Assembly: GCF_009914755.1 (NCBI RefSeq)
Contig: NC_060947.1
Length of the DNA: 64,000 nt
Direction: 5' to 3' (one strand)
Source of the DNA: the human T2T-CHM13v2.0 reference genome, Homo sapiens
Position numbers and translations under genes: made by a program. Below the pieces are notes generated by a model. It worked only from the letters and a program-made list of their open reading frames with translations, ran no database searches and was not told the origin of the DNA. Shown one piece after another: positions 38,401-53,464 of this stretch. Positions within the stretch are counted from its first letter, which is position 1. Each line of letters starts with the position of its first letter.

Positions 38401-40455
38401 TATCTTGTTTATTCCTTCAAAAAAGAGACTCTTGGTTAAATTGATCTTTTGTATGAACTTTTGCATGTCAATTTCATTGGTTCTACCCAATTATAGTTAC
38501 ATATTTTCTACTGCAAGCTTTGAGTTTGGATTGCAATTTATTTTCTAGTTCCTTTGGGTGTGATTAGATCACTGATTTTAGATCTTTCTAACTTTTTGAT
38601 TCAGGCTTTTAACATCTTAAACTTTACTCTTAACAGTGCATTACCTGAATCACAAAGATTTTGGTAAGTTATTTTTTATTTTCATTAACTTATAATAATC
38701 TTTTGATATATACCTTAATTTCATCGTTCACCCAAAAGTTATTCAGGAAAAAGTTATTTAATTTGCATGTATTTGTGAATTTTTGAAATATTTTATTTAT
38801 ATTGGTTTCTATACTTTTTGCACTCTGATCCAAGAGTGTGTTTGGTATGATTTAAATTTTTTTGAATTTATTGAGACTTGCTGTATGACCAAACTTGTGG
38901 TCAATCTTAGAATACATTCCTTGTGCAGATGAGAGAAATATATATTCCATGATTGTTGGGTGGACTATTTTGCAGATGTCTATCAGGTGCAATTAGTCAA
39001 ATGTTAAGGTTATATCCTTCATTTATTGGTTAGTTTTCTGCCTCAAAGATCTGTCTAAGGCTGTCAGTGGGGTTTTGAAATCTCCCACTATTATTGTGTG
39101 GCTAAGTTTTTTCTTAGGTCAAAAAGAACTTGTTTTATGAATTTGAGTGCTCCAAATTGGGTGCATGTATATATAAGATAATTCAGTCTTCTTGTTGAAT
39201 TGAATCCTCTATCATTATATTATGCCCTTCTTTGTCTTTCCTGATTGTTGTTGGTTTAAGATCTGTTTTATCTTATAAAAAGATAGCAACTCCTGCTTTT
39301 CTTGTTTGCTATTTGCATGGTAAGTTTTTCTCCATCACGTTGCTTTGAGCCTTTCAGTGTTGTTACATGTGAGAGAAATTCCTTGAAGAGAGCAGATGGT
39401 TGCCTTTTTAGTTTGGTGTTTAGACCATTTACATTCAGGGTCAGTATTAATGGATGAGATTTTGATTCTGTACTCATGTTGTTAGCTAGTTGTTTTGTAG
39501 ACTTCATTGTGTAATTGCTTTATATTATCTGTGGGCTATTTGCTTGAATTGTTTGTGGTAGCAGACATCATTCTTTTGTTTCTATGTTTGGCACTCCCTT
39601 AAGGACCCCTTTTAAGGTTGGTCTGGTGGTAACACACTTCATCTGGGAAGGACTTTATTTTTTATTTATGAAGCTTAGTTTGCCAGGACATGAAATCCTT
39701 AGTTGGAATTTCTTTTCTTTGAGGATGCTGACAATACACCCCCGTGTCTTCTGCCTTTAAAGGTTTCTGCTGAGAGGTGTGCTGCTATCCTGATGGAGTT
39801 CTCTTTGAAAGTGACATGACCTTTTCCCTTACTTGCCTTTAAGGATTTTACTTTTCCCATTGACCTTGGTGAATCTGATGGCTATGTTCCTTGTGGATGG
39901 TCATCTTGTATAGTACCTAGCTGGAGTTCTCTGTATTTCTTTGATTTGCCTGTCACACTCTCCAATAAGATTAGGAAAATTTTTATGGACTATATTTTCA
40001 AATATATTTTCCAAGTTAATTATTCTCTCTCCTCTCTCAGGCATGCCACTGATGCATAGATTTTGTTGCTTTACATAATCTCATATTTCTTGGAGGTTTT
40101 GTATATTGTTCTTATTTGTTTTTCTTTATTTTTGTCTGACTGAGTTGATTTGAAAAACTAGTCTTTGAGCTCTACGAATCTTTCCTCAGCTTGGTCTATT
40201 CTGCTGTCAATACTTCCTACTGTATTATGAACTTTTTGTAGTGAAATGTTTAATTCCAGGAGGTCTGTTTGGTTCTTTCTTTAAATGGCTGTTTCATCTC
40301 TCAGTTCTTAGATCATTTTAATGGATTCCCTGGATTCCTTGGATTGGGTTTCAACTTTCTCCTGAATCTCGATGAGTTTTCTTTCCATTCAGATAATGAG
40401 TTCCATATCTGTCAAAAAGGCTAGTTTGTTTATTTGGAGGTAAGGGGATGCTCAG

Positions 40456-40487
<32 letters not shown>

Positions 40488-40925
40488 GTTGTTTTAATTT
40501 TCATAATTCTTGCACTTATTCTTTCTCCTCTGAGGGGGCTGGTGTTCCCTTAACTGTGTTGAAAGCTGATTATAGTCAGTTGGTTTTAATTCTGTGTGCT
40601 TTCAGGAGACCAGGGCTCTTTATAAGATCTTTATTAGTGATTGGATTTTTGCCTTGGGTTTCTCAGGCACTGTATACTGGCAAAAAATTTTTTGATGTTG
40701 TTACTTAGGCTGTAATCTAGTAAATGGCATATAATGGTAATGGCTGGTAGATAGGCGCTTACTCAACAACGTGACTCTTCTGCATTTCTGAATGTTCATA
40801 GTAGTTATCTGTGGTTTGTTGGAGAGAAATGACCTCATTGGGTCTGATTCTAGGCCTTGGTGGAACATCCTCTGATCACTAGTGCAGTGCCTACATTTCC
40901 TATTTTAGGTGCTCCAGGCTGCAGA
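35465..40925 (-). mobile_element. Long decayed L1 (L1PA15-16/L1PB-like)
   Basis: 3'UTR, ORF2 remnants (ORFs 36288, 37123, 37997, 39268), ORF1 and part of the UTR on the minus strand. Confidence 0.85.
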
Positions 40926-41899
40926 CCTTCCCTGCACTCACCATTGAAGGACATAAGTGTAAGCCCACAGGTCCAGCTTTGCCTTTGCCTCAGAGAATGC
41001 ATGGTTCGGGATCCTGCAGATTGCACAACCCCATCCACCACTTGAGGCACCTGAGCACTCTTCCTAGGGAACTGAGATTTGGCCTAAACACCCTGCAACT
41101 ACCACGTCAACTGGCTTCTACTTGGAAGTGTTAGTTGCTGGCCCAAAAAGCCCATCACGACCACTGCCAACATGAGCACATAATGCTTGGGAACCAGAAG
41201 GACATCTTACATTGCTATTGCTATTGACTACACTATGTTGACTGCACAGGGGCTTAAGAGCCCACTTTCCTACTTAGTTCACTGATAACACAATTGCCAT
41301 TCAAGAAAGACACCCAGGGGCCCAAGAATTGGCCCACCTGGAACCACCAATGTGGGTACCAGTGTACACCACCCCTTGGCACGAGGATGGATGCTCTTAG
41401 CTACCACTGTGACCGCTGAAGCCTGAAGACAGGCCCAACTGGTGTCAGTCCCTAGCACAGCTTTACTAAAGCCTTCACTAACAAGCATACCCAAACACAC
41501 AGAAGGAAACCGCAGATAGCTCTTTACAACCAAAAATACTATACAGAGATTTAACTGCTGCATGCGTCTTGAGCCAAAGCCAAAGGGCTCAACACAACCA
41601 ACATTATAGAAACACCTTCAGGAAAAAGTCTCCCCTAAGGAAAGTAAATTTAAAAATAGAAGTGATTGTTACACCAGATGCAGAGATGTCAACATAAAGA
41701 CACAGAAACATAAAAAAGCATGGAAATATGACACCCCTAAAGGAACACAATAATTCACCAGCAAGAGATTCAAACAACAGAAAAAAAATCTCAAAATGCC
41801 ATTTAAAGAATCCAAAATAAAGACGCTCAGTGAGATGCAAGAGAAGTCTGAATACCAATACAAAGAACTCAGAAAAACAAATCAGTGTATAAATGAGAA

Positions 41900-42412
41900 A
41901 TATATATATATATATTATATATACACATATATATATTATATATATAATATATATGTGTATAATATATACACATATATATATTATATACATATATATGTAT
42001 AATATATACACATATATATGTATACGTATATGTATATATACATATACATATATACATATATATGTGTATGTATGTATATATGTATGTATATCTGTGTGTA
42101 TATATGTATATACATATATACATATATACATATATACACAGATATACATACATACATATATACATATATACACATATATAATGTTTTATACACATATATA
42201 TTTTAAATGTTTTATATATATCTATTTTAATATATATGTATATATGTGTGTATATACACATATATACATATATATACATATATACACATAGATACATATA
42301 TATACATACATGCATATATACACATATATATACACATATATACATATATACACATATATAATGTTTTATACACATATATATTTTAAATGTTTTATATATA
42401 TATATCTATTTT
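41900..42412. repeat. Compound (TA)n/(TACA)n array with a 180-bp higher-order duplication
   Basis: aatgttttatacacatatatattttaaatgttttatatata recurs at 42180 and 42360. Confidence 0.95.
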
Positions 42413-44848
42413 AAAACAGGAATTCTAGAACTGAAGTATTAATTTAAGGAAATACAAAATACATTCAAAAGCTTCAAAAATAGACTATACAAAATAGAAG
42501 AAAAACACTTACAACTTAAAGAAAGGTCTTTTGAAATAATTCTTTTGGACAAAAATAAGAGAACAAAGAATTAAAAAAAACCAAGGCCTCCAAGATCTTT
42601 GGGACAACATAAAACAACTGAATATGAAAGTTATTAATATTCCTAAATGTGAGGATAGATCAAAGCTTAGAAAATGTAATTTAATGAAATAACAGATGAA
42701 AACTTCCCAAGTCTACCAAGAGGTTTAGACATCCAAACACAAGAGGCTCAGTGATCCAAAGAAATAGAATACAAAAAATCTTCATCACAGCACATTATAA
42801 TATAACTGTCTAAAGTCAGTGTGAACAATGATTTTTAAAAACAGCAAGAGAAAGTCATCTATTTACCTATTAAAGAAAAACTATCCAACTAACAATGACC
42901 CTCTCAGCAGAAACTTCAAAGGCCAGAAAATAAATGGATGATATGTTCAAAGTGTAGAAAGAAAAACAACCCTGCTGACGGTGAATACTATATTCAGCAA
43001 TACTTGCCTTCATAAATGAAGTATAAATAAAGTCTTTCCCATACAAATGCTGAGGGAATTTGTCACGATTAGATTGGCCCTACAAGAAATGCTCAAGAAG
43101 TCCTAAACATGAAAGCAAAAGGACATTAACCATTATGAAAACACATGAAAGCAAAAGGACATTTACCATTATGAAAACACACAAAAATAGAACTCACTAG
43201 AAAAGCAATCACACAAAAATGGAAGAGAAAGGAATCAAATGGCACTACTACAGAATTCCACCAAACCACAATGACAAACAACGTGGGAAAAAAAATAACT
43301 TATGAAACAAGCAGAAAACAGTTGACAATATGGCAGGAAGAAAACCTCAATTGTCAATAATAATTATGAACATAAACATATTAAAATCTCAACTTAAAAA
43401 ATACAGATTGACAAAATGGTAAAAAACGATCTAACCAAATTCTTCTTACAAGAAAGTTACTTTATTTTAAAAGAACTATTAACTGAAAGAAAAGGGGTAG
43501 AAAAAATGGTCCTTCCAAATGAACATCAAAATTGGGCAGGAGTAGCTACATTTTTATAAGATCAAACAGACATTAAGTCAAAAACAATTAAAAAGGTGAT
43601 TATATAATGATAAAGAAATCAATTCAGCAAGAGAATGTAACAATTCTAATTATGTATTTACCCAACATTGGAGCATCCAAATTGATAAATATCACTAGAC
43701 CAAAAGAGGAGATAGATTGCAATACAATAATAATTAGGGATTTAATTCTCCACTCACAATATTAGGCAGATTGTCAAGACAAAAATTCAACAAAGAACAT
43801 TTGTTGTAACTAGGCTATAAATCTAAATGGATGTAATAGATATTTAGAGAACATTCTTCCTGACAACTGAAGAATATACATTCTTTTCATCAACACATCG
43901 AACATTCTCCAATATGAACCACAGGATAGGCCACAAGAAAAAGCTTCAACACAATTTTTAAAAATTGAAATTATATCAAGTATCTTTTCAGACCACAGTG
44001 GAACACTACTAGAAATTAATACCAACAGGAACTTTAGAAAGTATACAAATATATGGAAAGAAAACAACATGTTTGTGAATGACCATTGGGTCAATAAAGA
44101 ATTTAAGATGGAAAGCAAAATATATTTGAAACAAAAATGGAAATGCAATGTAGTAAAACTTGTTGGTTACAGCAAAAGGAGTGTTAAGAGAGAAGTATAT
44201 GGTAATAAAGGCTTACGTCCAAAAAAAGTACAAAGATTACAAAGTAACAATTTAATGATGCATATTAAGCAACTAGAAAAGCCTGAACTAATCAAGATTA
44301 CATTTAGCAGAAGAAAAGAAATAGCAAATATTAAAACAGAGCTAAATGAAGTTGAGGCTAAAAACATAATACAAAGAATCAATGAAATTTGAAGTTGGAC
44401 AGATAAAGAAAATTGATCAACTGTGAGCTAAGCTAACAAAAAAGGAAGAAGACCCAAATAAACACTGAAATGACAAAGGAAACATTGAAATTTATACCAC
44501 AGATATAAAAAAAGATTATTGGAGACTATTATGAAAACTGTATGCTTAGAATCTAGAAAACCTATCAGAAACAGATACATTTCTGGAAACATAAAATCTA
44601 TTGAGATTGATTCAGGAAGAAATAGAAAATCTGAGCAGACAACGAATGAGTAATGAGCCTGAGGCTGCTATAGAGTCTCAAAACAAAAACAAGCCAAGAA
44701 TGGATTATTCACAGCTGAATTCTACCAAATAAATAAAGAACTATACCAATCATACTGATATTATTCCAAAAACTTGAAAAGGAGTGAATTAATTCCAACT
44801 TCATCAAGGCCAGGATCACCCTGATACCAAAACAAAATAAGGAAGCAA

Positions 44849-44853
44849 ATATA

Positions 44854-44909
<56 letters not shown>

Positions 44910-44980
44910 TATATGTGTATATATATGCACATATATATATGTGCATATATATGCACATATATATACACATATATATATAT
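44849..44980. repeat. (TA)20 plus palindromic TA/TGCA variants
   Basis: Pure TA run 44864-44903; atatatatgcac-atatatatat-gtgcatatatat palindrome. Confidence 0.95.
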
Positions 44981-47869
44981 GCCAATATTTTTAATATAGC
45001 TAGACACAAATATCTTCAACAAAATACTAGCAAAGTTGAATCTAACAACATGTCAAATAGACCACATACTATGATTAAGTGGGTGTTATACCAGGGATGT
45101 AAAAATGGTTCGACATAGGCAAATAAGTAAATGTGATATATCACATCAACAGAATCAAGAACAAAAACCTTGTTATCATTTCAATTGTCAAAGAAAAAGC
45201 ATTCGATAAAACTTATCATGCCTTCATGGTAAAAAAATCAAAAAACTAGCCACAGAAGCAACATACCTAAAAATAATAAAGGCCACATATGACAACCCAC
45301 CAGGTAACATCATACTAACTGGGGAAATGCTGAAAGCACTTCCTCTAACAACTGGAACAAAGCGAGAATACCCATGTTTGCTACTTTTCAATGTAGTACT
45401 GGAAGTGATAACTTGAACAACCAGGCAACAGCAATAAATAAAAGACATCCAATTAGAAAAAGACGAAGTTAAATAATCTCTGTTTGCCAAAGATATAATC
45501 TTAGATATAGAAAAACCCTAAGAACTTCACCAAAAATATTTAAATTTGATAAATGAATTCAGGAAAGGTTCAAGATACAAGAATCAGCACACAAAATCAG
45601 TATAATTTATATGTGCTAATTATGATCTGAGAAAGCATGAAGGCAATCTCATTTATGATAGTTACAAAAACAAACAAAATACCTGCTTATAAATTTAGCC
45701 AAGGAGGAGAAAGATTACTACAAAGAAAACTACAAAACACAGATAAAAGCAATTGAAGATTTCAAAAACAAATGGAAGAACATTCTATGCTCATACGTCA
45801 GAAGAATTAATATCATTAAAATGACCATATTACACAAAGAAATCTACAGATTCAGTGCAATTCCTATCAAAATACCAACATCATTTTCACAGTATTATAA
45901 AAAATTAAAATTTATATGGAACCAAAAAAGAACCCTAATAACTAAAGTGTTCCTGAGCAAAAATAAAAAAGCTAGAATAGTGCATTACCTCACTTCGGTA
46001 ATATTATGAGGCGACAGTAAGCAAAACAACATGGTTCTGGTAAAAAAACAGATGCATAGGTCAATGGTACAGAATAGAGAACCCAGAAATAAAGCCACAT
46101 AAATACAGCCAAGTGATCTTTGACAAAGGCAGCAATAATATACATTGTGGAAGTGAATCACTTTTCAATAAATGGTGCTGGGAAAATTGGATAGTCATAT
46201 ATAAAAGAATGAAACTAGACTACTTTATTTTGTCATATACAAAAATCAACTCAAAATTAATTAAAAACCTAAACAGAAGACCCCAAATTATTAAAAAAAA
46301 AAAAAAAAGAAAAAAAAGAAAACCAAGGGGAAATTATTTTGGACATCTGTCTAGGCAAATACTTTATGACTAAGACCACAAAAGCACAGTCAATAGAAAC
46401 AAAAATGGACAAATGTGACTTAATTAAATTTAAAACCTTTTGCCTAGCAAAGATGTAATCAACAGAGTGATGAAACAACCTGTTGAATGGAAGAAAGTAT
46501 TTGCAAATTATTCATTCAACTGAAGACTTATATTCAGAATATATAACAAGCTCAACTCAACAATGATAAAACATTTCATTCACAACTGGGCAAAGGACAT
46601 AAACAGACTTTTTCAAATAAAAGATATACAAATGGCCAATATGTATATGAAAAACGCTCAGTATCACTAGCTATCAGAGAAATGCAAGTCAAAACCAATG
46701 TGAGATTATATCTTACTCCAGTCAGAATGGGCATTATTACAAATACAGAAAGTAACAGATGTTGGCGAGGATTTGGAGAAAAGGAAATCTTACACATTGT
46801 GCCAATATAAACAAGTGTAGTCTGTGAAAAACAGTATGGAGGTTTTTCAAAGGGGTAATAATAGAACTACTATTTCATCTAGCAATCTCTCTACTGGATA
46901 GCTACCCAAAGGGAAAGCAATTATATTAAAAGCTACCTGCACTTGTATGTTTATACAGCATTATTCACAATAGCAGAGATATGGAATCAACCTAAGTGTT
47001 CATCAACATATGATTGGATAAATAAATTGTGGTATATATACACAATGGAATACTATTCTGCCATATGAAATCATGTCTTTTGCAGCAACATGGATGGAAC
47101 TGACATCATTATATTTAGCAAAACATGCCCGTTACAGAAAGATAAGTATTACGTGTTCTCCCCAATAAGTGGGTGCTAAAAACGTTTTTTACATGGATGC
47201 AGAGAGTAGAATGATAGATAATGGACACTCAGAAGGGTGAGGCTGAGAGAGTGGAACACGATTAGAAATTTGTTAATGGGTACAATGCACATTATTCAGG
47301 TGATGGATACCCTGCAAGCCCTGATTTGACTGTTATGTAACCTGTGCATATACCAAAACTGCACATACATCTCATAAATTTGTACAAAACTAAAACCCAC
47401 TGAATTACTTCAGTGGCAAATCTGTCACCAAGTTTGTCTGTGTTGTCATCTAAGTAAACCTTTGTTAAGTATACATAAAAATCTTGTACTTTATGAATTT
47501 AACTATGTAAAAAGAAAATTGAGATAAAAAGACTAAGGGAACATATGAAAATATTAATTATGGGTATTTTTTGCTAATGAGATTCTAGGTAAATTTAATT
47601 TTTATTCATTTCAGTATTTTCCAAATTTTCCATAATATATGTATGCTTTTTTAAAAAATTAGATGCTAATTTTTAAAATATTAATATGTCTAGTTTGATA
47701 TGTCTTGTGTTCACATTTTAAAACATATACACAGCAAAAGGACTGAACAGAGTGTACCAAAATGTTTATCTGGCTAGCACTGCCAGGAATTTGCGTTCAT
47801 TTTCTTCTTACTTTTTTATCAAATATTCTCTACTAAGTAGGTATTACATTTATACAGGAATAAACATTT

Positions 47870-48020
47870 TTTTGAATTCGAATTGTAACTATGCCTGTTA
47901 CTAAATATGCACTTTTGTTATTTTAAATAACCTCCAGAGTCTCAGTTTCCCCATCTTTGAAAATGAGATAATACTTACCTCTTAGGTTAGTTCTGAATAC
48001 AAAAACATGTGTTGGTTAAA
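47870..48020 (-). mobile_element. MIR relic
   Basis: tctcagtttccccatctttgaaaatgagataatacttacctc. Confidence 0.6.
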
Positions 48021-49584
48021 CATGTGCCAAAATTGTTTGTTTCTAAAATTTAAAATTGGCTTCTTTGTCTTTTTTTTTAGTAAGATAACAGATAAAAATG
48101 AAATTAGTCTATTTTTCTACTTGCCAGCAGAATATCTGTCTTATTTTAGGGAACAATGTGAAATTTACCATTTATATTAACAATTAGGTGTCAACCCATG
48201 AGAATAAAACACATTTCTAAGGGAAGAAAAAATAATCCATGGACATGAAATGCCATTCCATGTATTTATGCTTTATTTCAGCAATGGTTTGTAGTTTTCA
48301 ATGTACAAATATTTTTCCTCTGTTGTTAAATTTGTTTCTATTTTACTCCTTTTCATGCCATTGTGAATGGGATTGCTTTCTTAATTTCATTTTCAGATTG
48401 TTCATTATTAGTTCATTGAAGTGTAACTGATTTATTTTTTTTTAATAACTATTAACTTCTTCGAATTCATTTTTAACCATTAGCAGTTTCTCTTTATGGA
48501 CTCTTTAGGGTTTTCTACATACACGATCATGCAATCTGCAGAAATAACTTCATGTGTTCCTTTCAAATTTTGTTGTCTTTTATTTATTTTTGTCACTTAA
48601 TTATTCTGACTAGAACTTTCAGTTTTATATTGGATAGATGGGGCAAGAATAGTCATTCCTTCTTTGTTCTTCATTTTAGATGAAAAATTTTCAGTCTTTC
48701 AACATTGAGCATGTTAGCTTTGAACTTTTCATATATAGCCTTTATTATGTTGAGGCAATTATTGTCTATTCTTTATTTGTTGGCTTTTTTGTCATGAAGG
48801 AGGGTTGAATTGTTTCATATGATTTTCTGCATCAATTGAGATAGTCATCTGGGTTTTCTCTTAATTTTATTAATGTGGATTAATACATTGATTTTCATAT
48901 TTAGGACAATTGTTTCATTCCAGCAATACATTTTACATGGCCACTCTTGTAATGTGTTCTTGGATTCTATTTTACTAGTAGTTTGTTGAATATATTTGCA
49001 TCCATGTTTATCAGGGATATTGGTCTATAGTTTTCTTGTAGTAACAGTATATGGTTTGGTATCAGGGTAACGCTGGCTTTGTAAAATGAGTTTGGAAATA
49101 TTATATTCAATTTTTGGATGAATTTGAAGATGATTAGTATTATTTAAAAAAAAAGTTAGATAGAATTCTTCTGTGAAGGTATCTGTTCCTGGGATTTCCT
49201 GTGCTGTGAAGTTTTAAATTACTGATTCAATTTCTTTACTAGCTATAGGTTCTTTCAGATTTTTTCTCTCTTCATGATTCACTCTTAGTATGTTGTGTGT
49301 TTTTAATAATTTATAGATTTTCTCTAGGTTACCAAATTTATTGATCTATATTTTTTAATGTATTGCTTTATAATACTTTTTATTTCTGTGGCATCATTTA
49401 TAATGTCCGCTCTTTTATTTCTGTTTTTAGTTACTTGAGGTTTCTCTTTTTTCTTAGTCAACCTAGCTACAAGCTTGTCAATTTTGTTGATATCTTACTA
49501 AACCCAGTTCTTAATTTTGTTGTTTTTTCTGTTGATTTTTTAACTTACTAAATTCTATTTTATTTATCACTGCTTTAATTTTAA

Positions 49585-50856
49585 TTTTTATTATTTATTT
49601 ATTTTAATTATTATACGTTAAGTTCTGGGATACATGTGGAGAATGTGCAGGTTTGTTACATAGGTATATACGTGCAATGGTGATTTGCTGCACCTATCCA
49701 CCCGCTAGCTACATTAGGTATTTTTTCTACTGCTATCCCTCCCCTAGCCCTCCACCCTCTGACAAGCCCTGATATGCGATGTTCCTCTCACTGTGTCCAT
49801 GTGTTCTCATTGTTCAACTCCCACTTATGAGTGAAAACATGTGATGTTTGGTTTTCTGCTCCTGTGTTTGTTTGCTGAGAATGATGGTTTCCAGATTTCC
49901 TATTTAATAAATGGTGCTGGTAAAACCGGCTAGCCATATGCAGAAAACTGAAACTGGACCCCTTCCTTACACCTTATACAAAAAGTAACTCAGGATGGAT
50001 TAAAGACTTAAATGTAAGACCTAAAACCATGAAAACCCTAGAAGAAAACCTAGGCAATACCATTCAGGACATAGGCATGGGTAAAGACTTCATGACTAAC
50101 ACACCAAAAACAATGGCAACAAAAGCCTAAATTGACAAATGGGATCTAAATAACCTAAAGAGCTTCTGCACAGCAAAAGAAACTATCATCAGAGTGAACA
50201 GGCAGCCTATAGAATGGGAGAACATTTTTGCAATCTATCCATCTGACAAAGGGCTAATATCCAGAATCTACAAGAAACTTAAACAAAATTTACAAGAAAA
50301 AAACAAACATCCTCATCAAAAAGTGGGCAAAGGATATGAATAGAGACTTCTCAAAAGGAGACATTTATGCAGACAACAAATGTATGAAAAAAAGCTCATC
50401 ATCACTGGTCATTAGAGAAATGCACATCAAAACCACGATAAGATACCATCTCATGCCAGTTAGAGTGGCGATAATTAAAAAGTCAGGAAACAACAGATGC
50501 TGGAGAGGATGTGGAGAAATAGGAATGCTTTTACACTGTTGGTTAGAGTGTAAATTAGTTCAACCATTGTGAAGACAGTGTGGTGATTGCTCAAGGGTAT
50601 AGAACCAGAAATACCATTTGACCCAGCAATCCTTTTACTGGGTATACCCCCAAAGGATTATAAATCATTCTACTATAAAGACACATGTTCATGTATGTTT
50701 ATTGAAGCACTGTTCACAATAGCAAAGACTTGGAACCAGCCCAAATGCCCATCAATGATAGACTGGTTAAAGAAAATGTGGCAAATATACACCATGGAAT
50801 ACTATGCAGCCATAAAAAAAGGATACGTTTATGTCTTTTGCAGGGACATGGATGAA
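49585..50856 (-). mobile_element. L1PA6/7-like insertion with 5' inversion (twin priming)
   Basis: Antisense 3'UTR 49585-49894 joined to a sense segment 49894-50856 that ends 1 nt short of where the antisense part begins in L1 coordinates. Confidence 0.9.
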
Positions 50857-51355
50857 TCTGCTCTACTTTTTATTATTTCTTTCCTTCAGATAAGGTTGGC
50901 TTTATAGTGTTCTTCTTTGCCTAGTCCCTTGAGGTGAAAAGTTAGGTAGTTAGTTTGAGATTTTTTTTTTTTTAAATTTTATTTAAAAAATTGTATTGTA
51001 TTTTGGTAAGAACATTTAACATGACATCTACCCTCTTAACTGATTTTTAAGTTTCCAAACAGTAGTCTTCATTTGGGCACAATACTTTACAGCAGATCTC
51101 TAGTATTTATTCATCTTGCATAACCAAAACTTTATATCACATGAATAGCAATTCCCCATTTCTCCCTTTCTCCATCTCCTGACAATCATCATTTCACTGT
51201 CTGCCTCTATGAGTTTGACAAATTTAGATAACTCATATAAGTGGAATCACACAGTATTTGTCCTTCTGTTTTATTTAGCATAATGTCCTCAAGATGCATT
51301 TATAGTGCTGCATTTTGCAAGGTTTCCTTGTTTATGAAGGCTCAACAATTTCCAT

Positions 51356-51387
<32 letters not shown>

Positions 51388-53464
51388 GAGAGAGAGTTTC
51401 TCAACCTGTTCATCTGTTGATGGACATTTAGGTTATTCCCACCTCTTGGTTATTGTAAGTAGTGCTGCATTGATATTCAGAATGCTAAATCTCTTTGAAA
51501 TTCTAGAATTCAAGATCTGAGTATTTAGGTGGATAAATATCTAGAAGTGAGATTGCTGGATCATGTGAATCTCCTATTTTTACATTTTTGGGGGATCTTC
51601 ATAATGTTTTTAATGGAGGCTGAACCTTTTTGCATTCCCAGCAACAGTACAAAAATTTCTGATTCCTCTACATCCTTGTCAGCACTTGTGAGTTATTTTT
51701 TATTTTTGTGGGTACATAGTAGGTGTATATATTTATGGGGTACATGAGATATTTTGATACAGGCATAAAATGCATAGTAATCATATCAGGGTGAATGGGA
51801 TTTTCATCACCTATAGCATTTATCCTCTTCTTGTGTTACAAACAATCCAATTATACTCTTTCGGTTATGTTTAAATGTACAATATATTACTGTTGACTGA
51901 CTGTAGTCACACTGTTGTGCTATCATACACTAGATCTTATTTATTCTATCTAACTATGTATTTGTACCCATTAACAATCCTCCCTCCCCTCATCCTTCAC
52001 TACCCTTACCAGCCTCTGGTAACCATGATTTTACTCCTAAGAGATCTTCCTTCTTCTTTAATGTAAATGCTTACTGCTACATACCAACCTGTTTATATAG
52101 CTTTTGCTGCATCCCATATGTTTAGGTATGTTGTAATTTAATTTGTCTTAAGGTATTTTCTAATTTTCATTCTGATTTCTTCTTTCACTTGTTGGTTGTT
52201 TGAGTATATTGTTAAATTTCCAGTCTTCATGGATTTTCTAGTTTCCCTTCCGCTATTGATTTCTAGTTTTATTCCAATAGATTGGAAATCATGTTTTGTA
52301 CATTATTTAGGCCTGACCACTGCACCTGTCCCAAATAATATATATTTTAGCTGACAACAAATTAACTTCAACCACATATGAAAACTTTATTCTTGTACAT
52401 ATCTGCCCCTCTTTATGTTATTGATGTCAAAATTATATTGTGCATCTGGTATCATAGATTCATAGTTATTTTCATGTTTTTGTCCTTTAATCTCCATACC
52501 AGAATTAGAAGTGATTTATAAACCAATATTATAGTATCACAGGATTTAATATCTGTCTGCGTATTTACCTCTACCAGAGATCTTTGTTATTTATGGTTTT
52601 ATGTTGCTAACAAGTGTCTTTTGATTTCAACTTGAAGGACTCCTTTTGGCAATTCTTGATGGCAGGTGTAAAGGGGATGAAAAACCTCAGTTTATGTTTA
52701 TCTTGGAAGGTCTTAATTTTTCCTTCAGTTTTGAAGAACAGTTTTGCTGAACATAGTGTTTTTATTTTTCAGGGTGTTTTTTTTTTTTTCTCAGCCCTTT
52801 GAATATATCATTCCAGTCCTTTCTGTACTGTAAGGTTTCTGCTGGGAAATATGGTGATAGTCTTATGGAAACTTCTTTCTGCACAGTGTGTAGCTATTCT
52901 CCTGCTACCTATAAGATTCTCTCTTTATCTGTGATTTTTGACTGCTTGATTATAATTTGTCTTGGTATGAGTCTGCTTGGGTTTATCTTAGAGTTTCATT
53001 TTTTAGCTTTTCCCATTTTTATGTAACTTTCCTCAAAATTGAGAAGTTTTTGGCCTTCTTTCTTCAAATAATTCCTCTTCCCTTTTACTTTTTTATGGGT
53101 ATTTCATATGCATACATTTGTCCGGTTGATGGTGTCACATGAGTTTCTTAGACTCTCTTCACTTTCCTTCATTTGTTTCTTTTTTGCTTATCTGAGATGA
53201 AAATTTTAAATGACCTATTTTAAGGTTTGCTAATTATTTGTTCTGCTTGATCTAGTCTGCTTTTGTACCCCTCTACCAAATTTTGCAATTCCATTATTCT
53301 ATTCTTCAGCCTCAGAACTTAGTTTTTTAAAATAGGTTCTATCTCTTTATTGATATTCTCATTTTGTCTGTTTTCTCTTTTAGTTATTGAGCATTTTTAA
53401 GATGGTTATTTTGAATTCTTTATCAGATAATTCATAAACCCTTTTTAAAAATTGTTTTCTTGTT

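Larger units (their letters stand above)
40930..47395 (+). mobile_element. Long decayed L1PB4/L1MA-like element
   Basis: UTR, ORF1, ORF2 remnants (ORFs 44069, 45821, 46113) and L1PB-type 3' end (aatgggtacaatgcacattattcaggtgatggatac). Confidence 0.82.

Noticed and set aside
41604-42375. Y/I/C/V-rich ORFs on both strands (also 44709-45118)
   Set aside because: Translation artefacts of TA/TG microsatellites.
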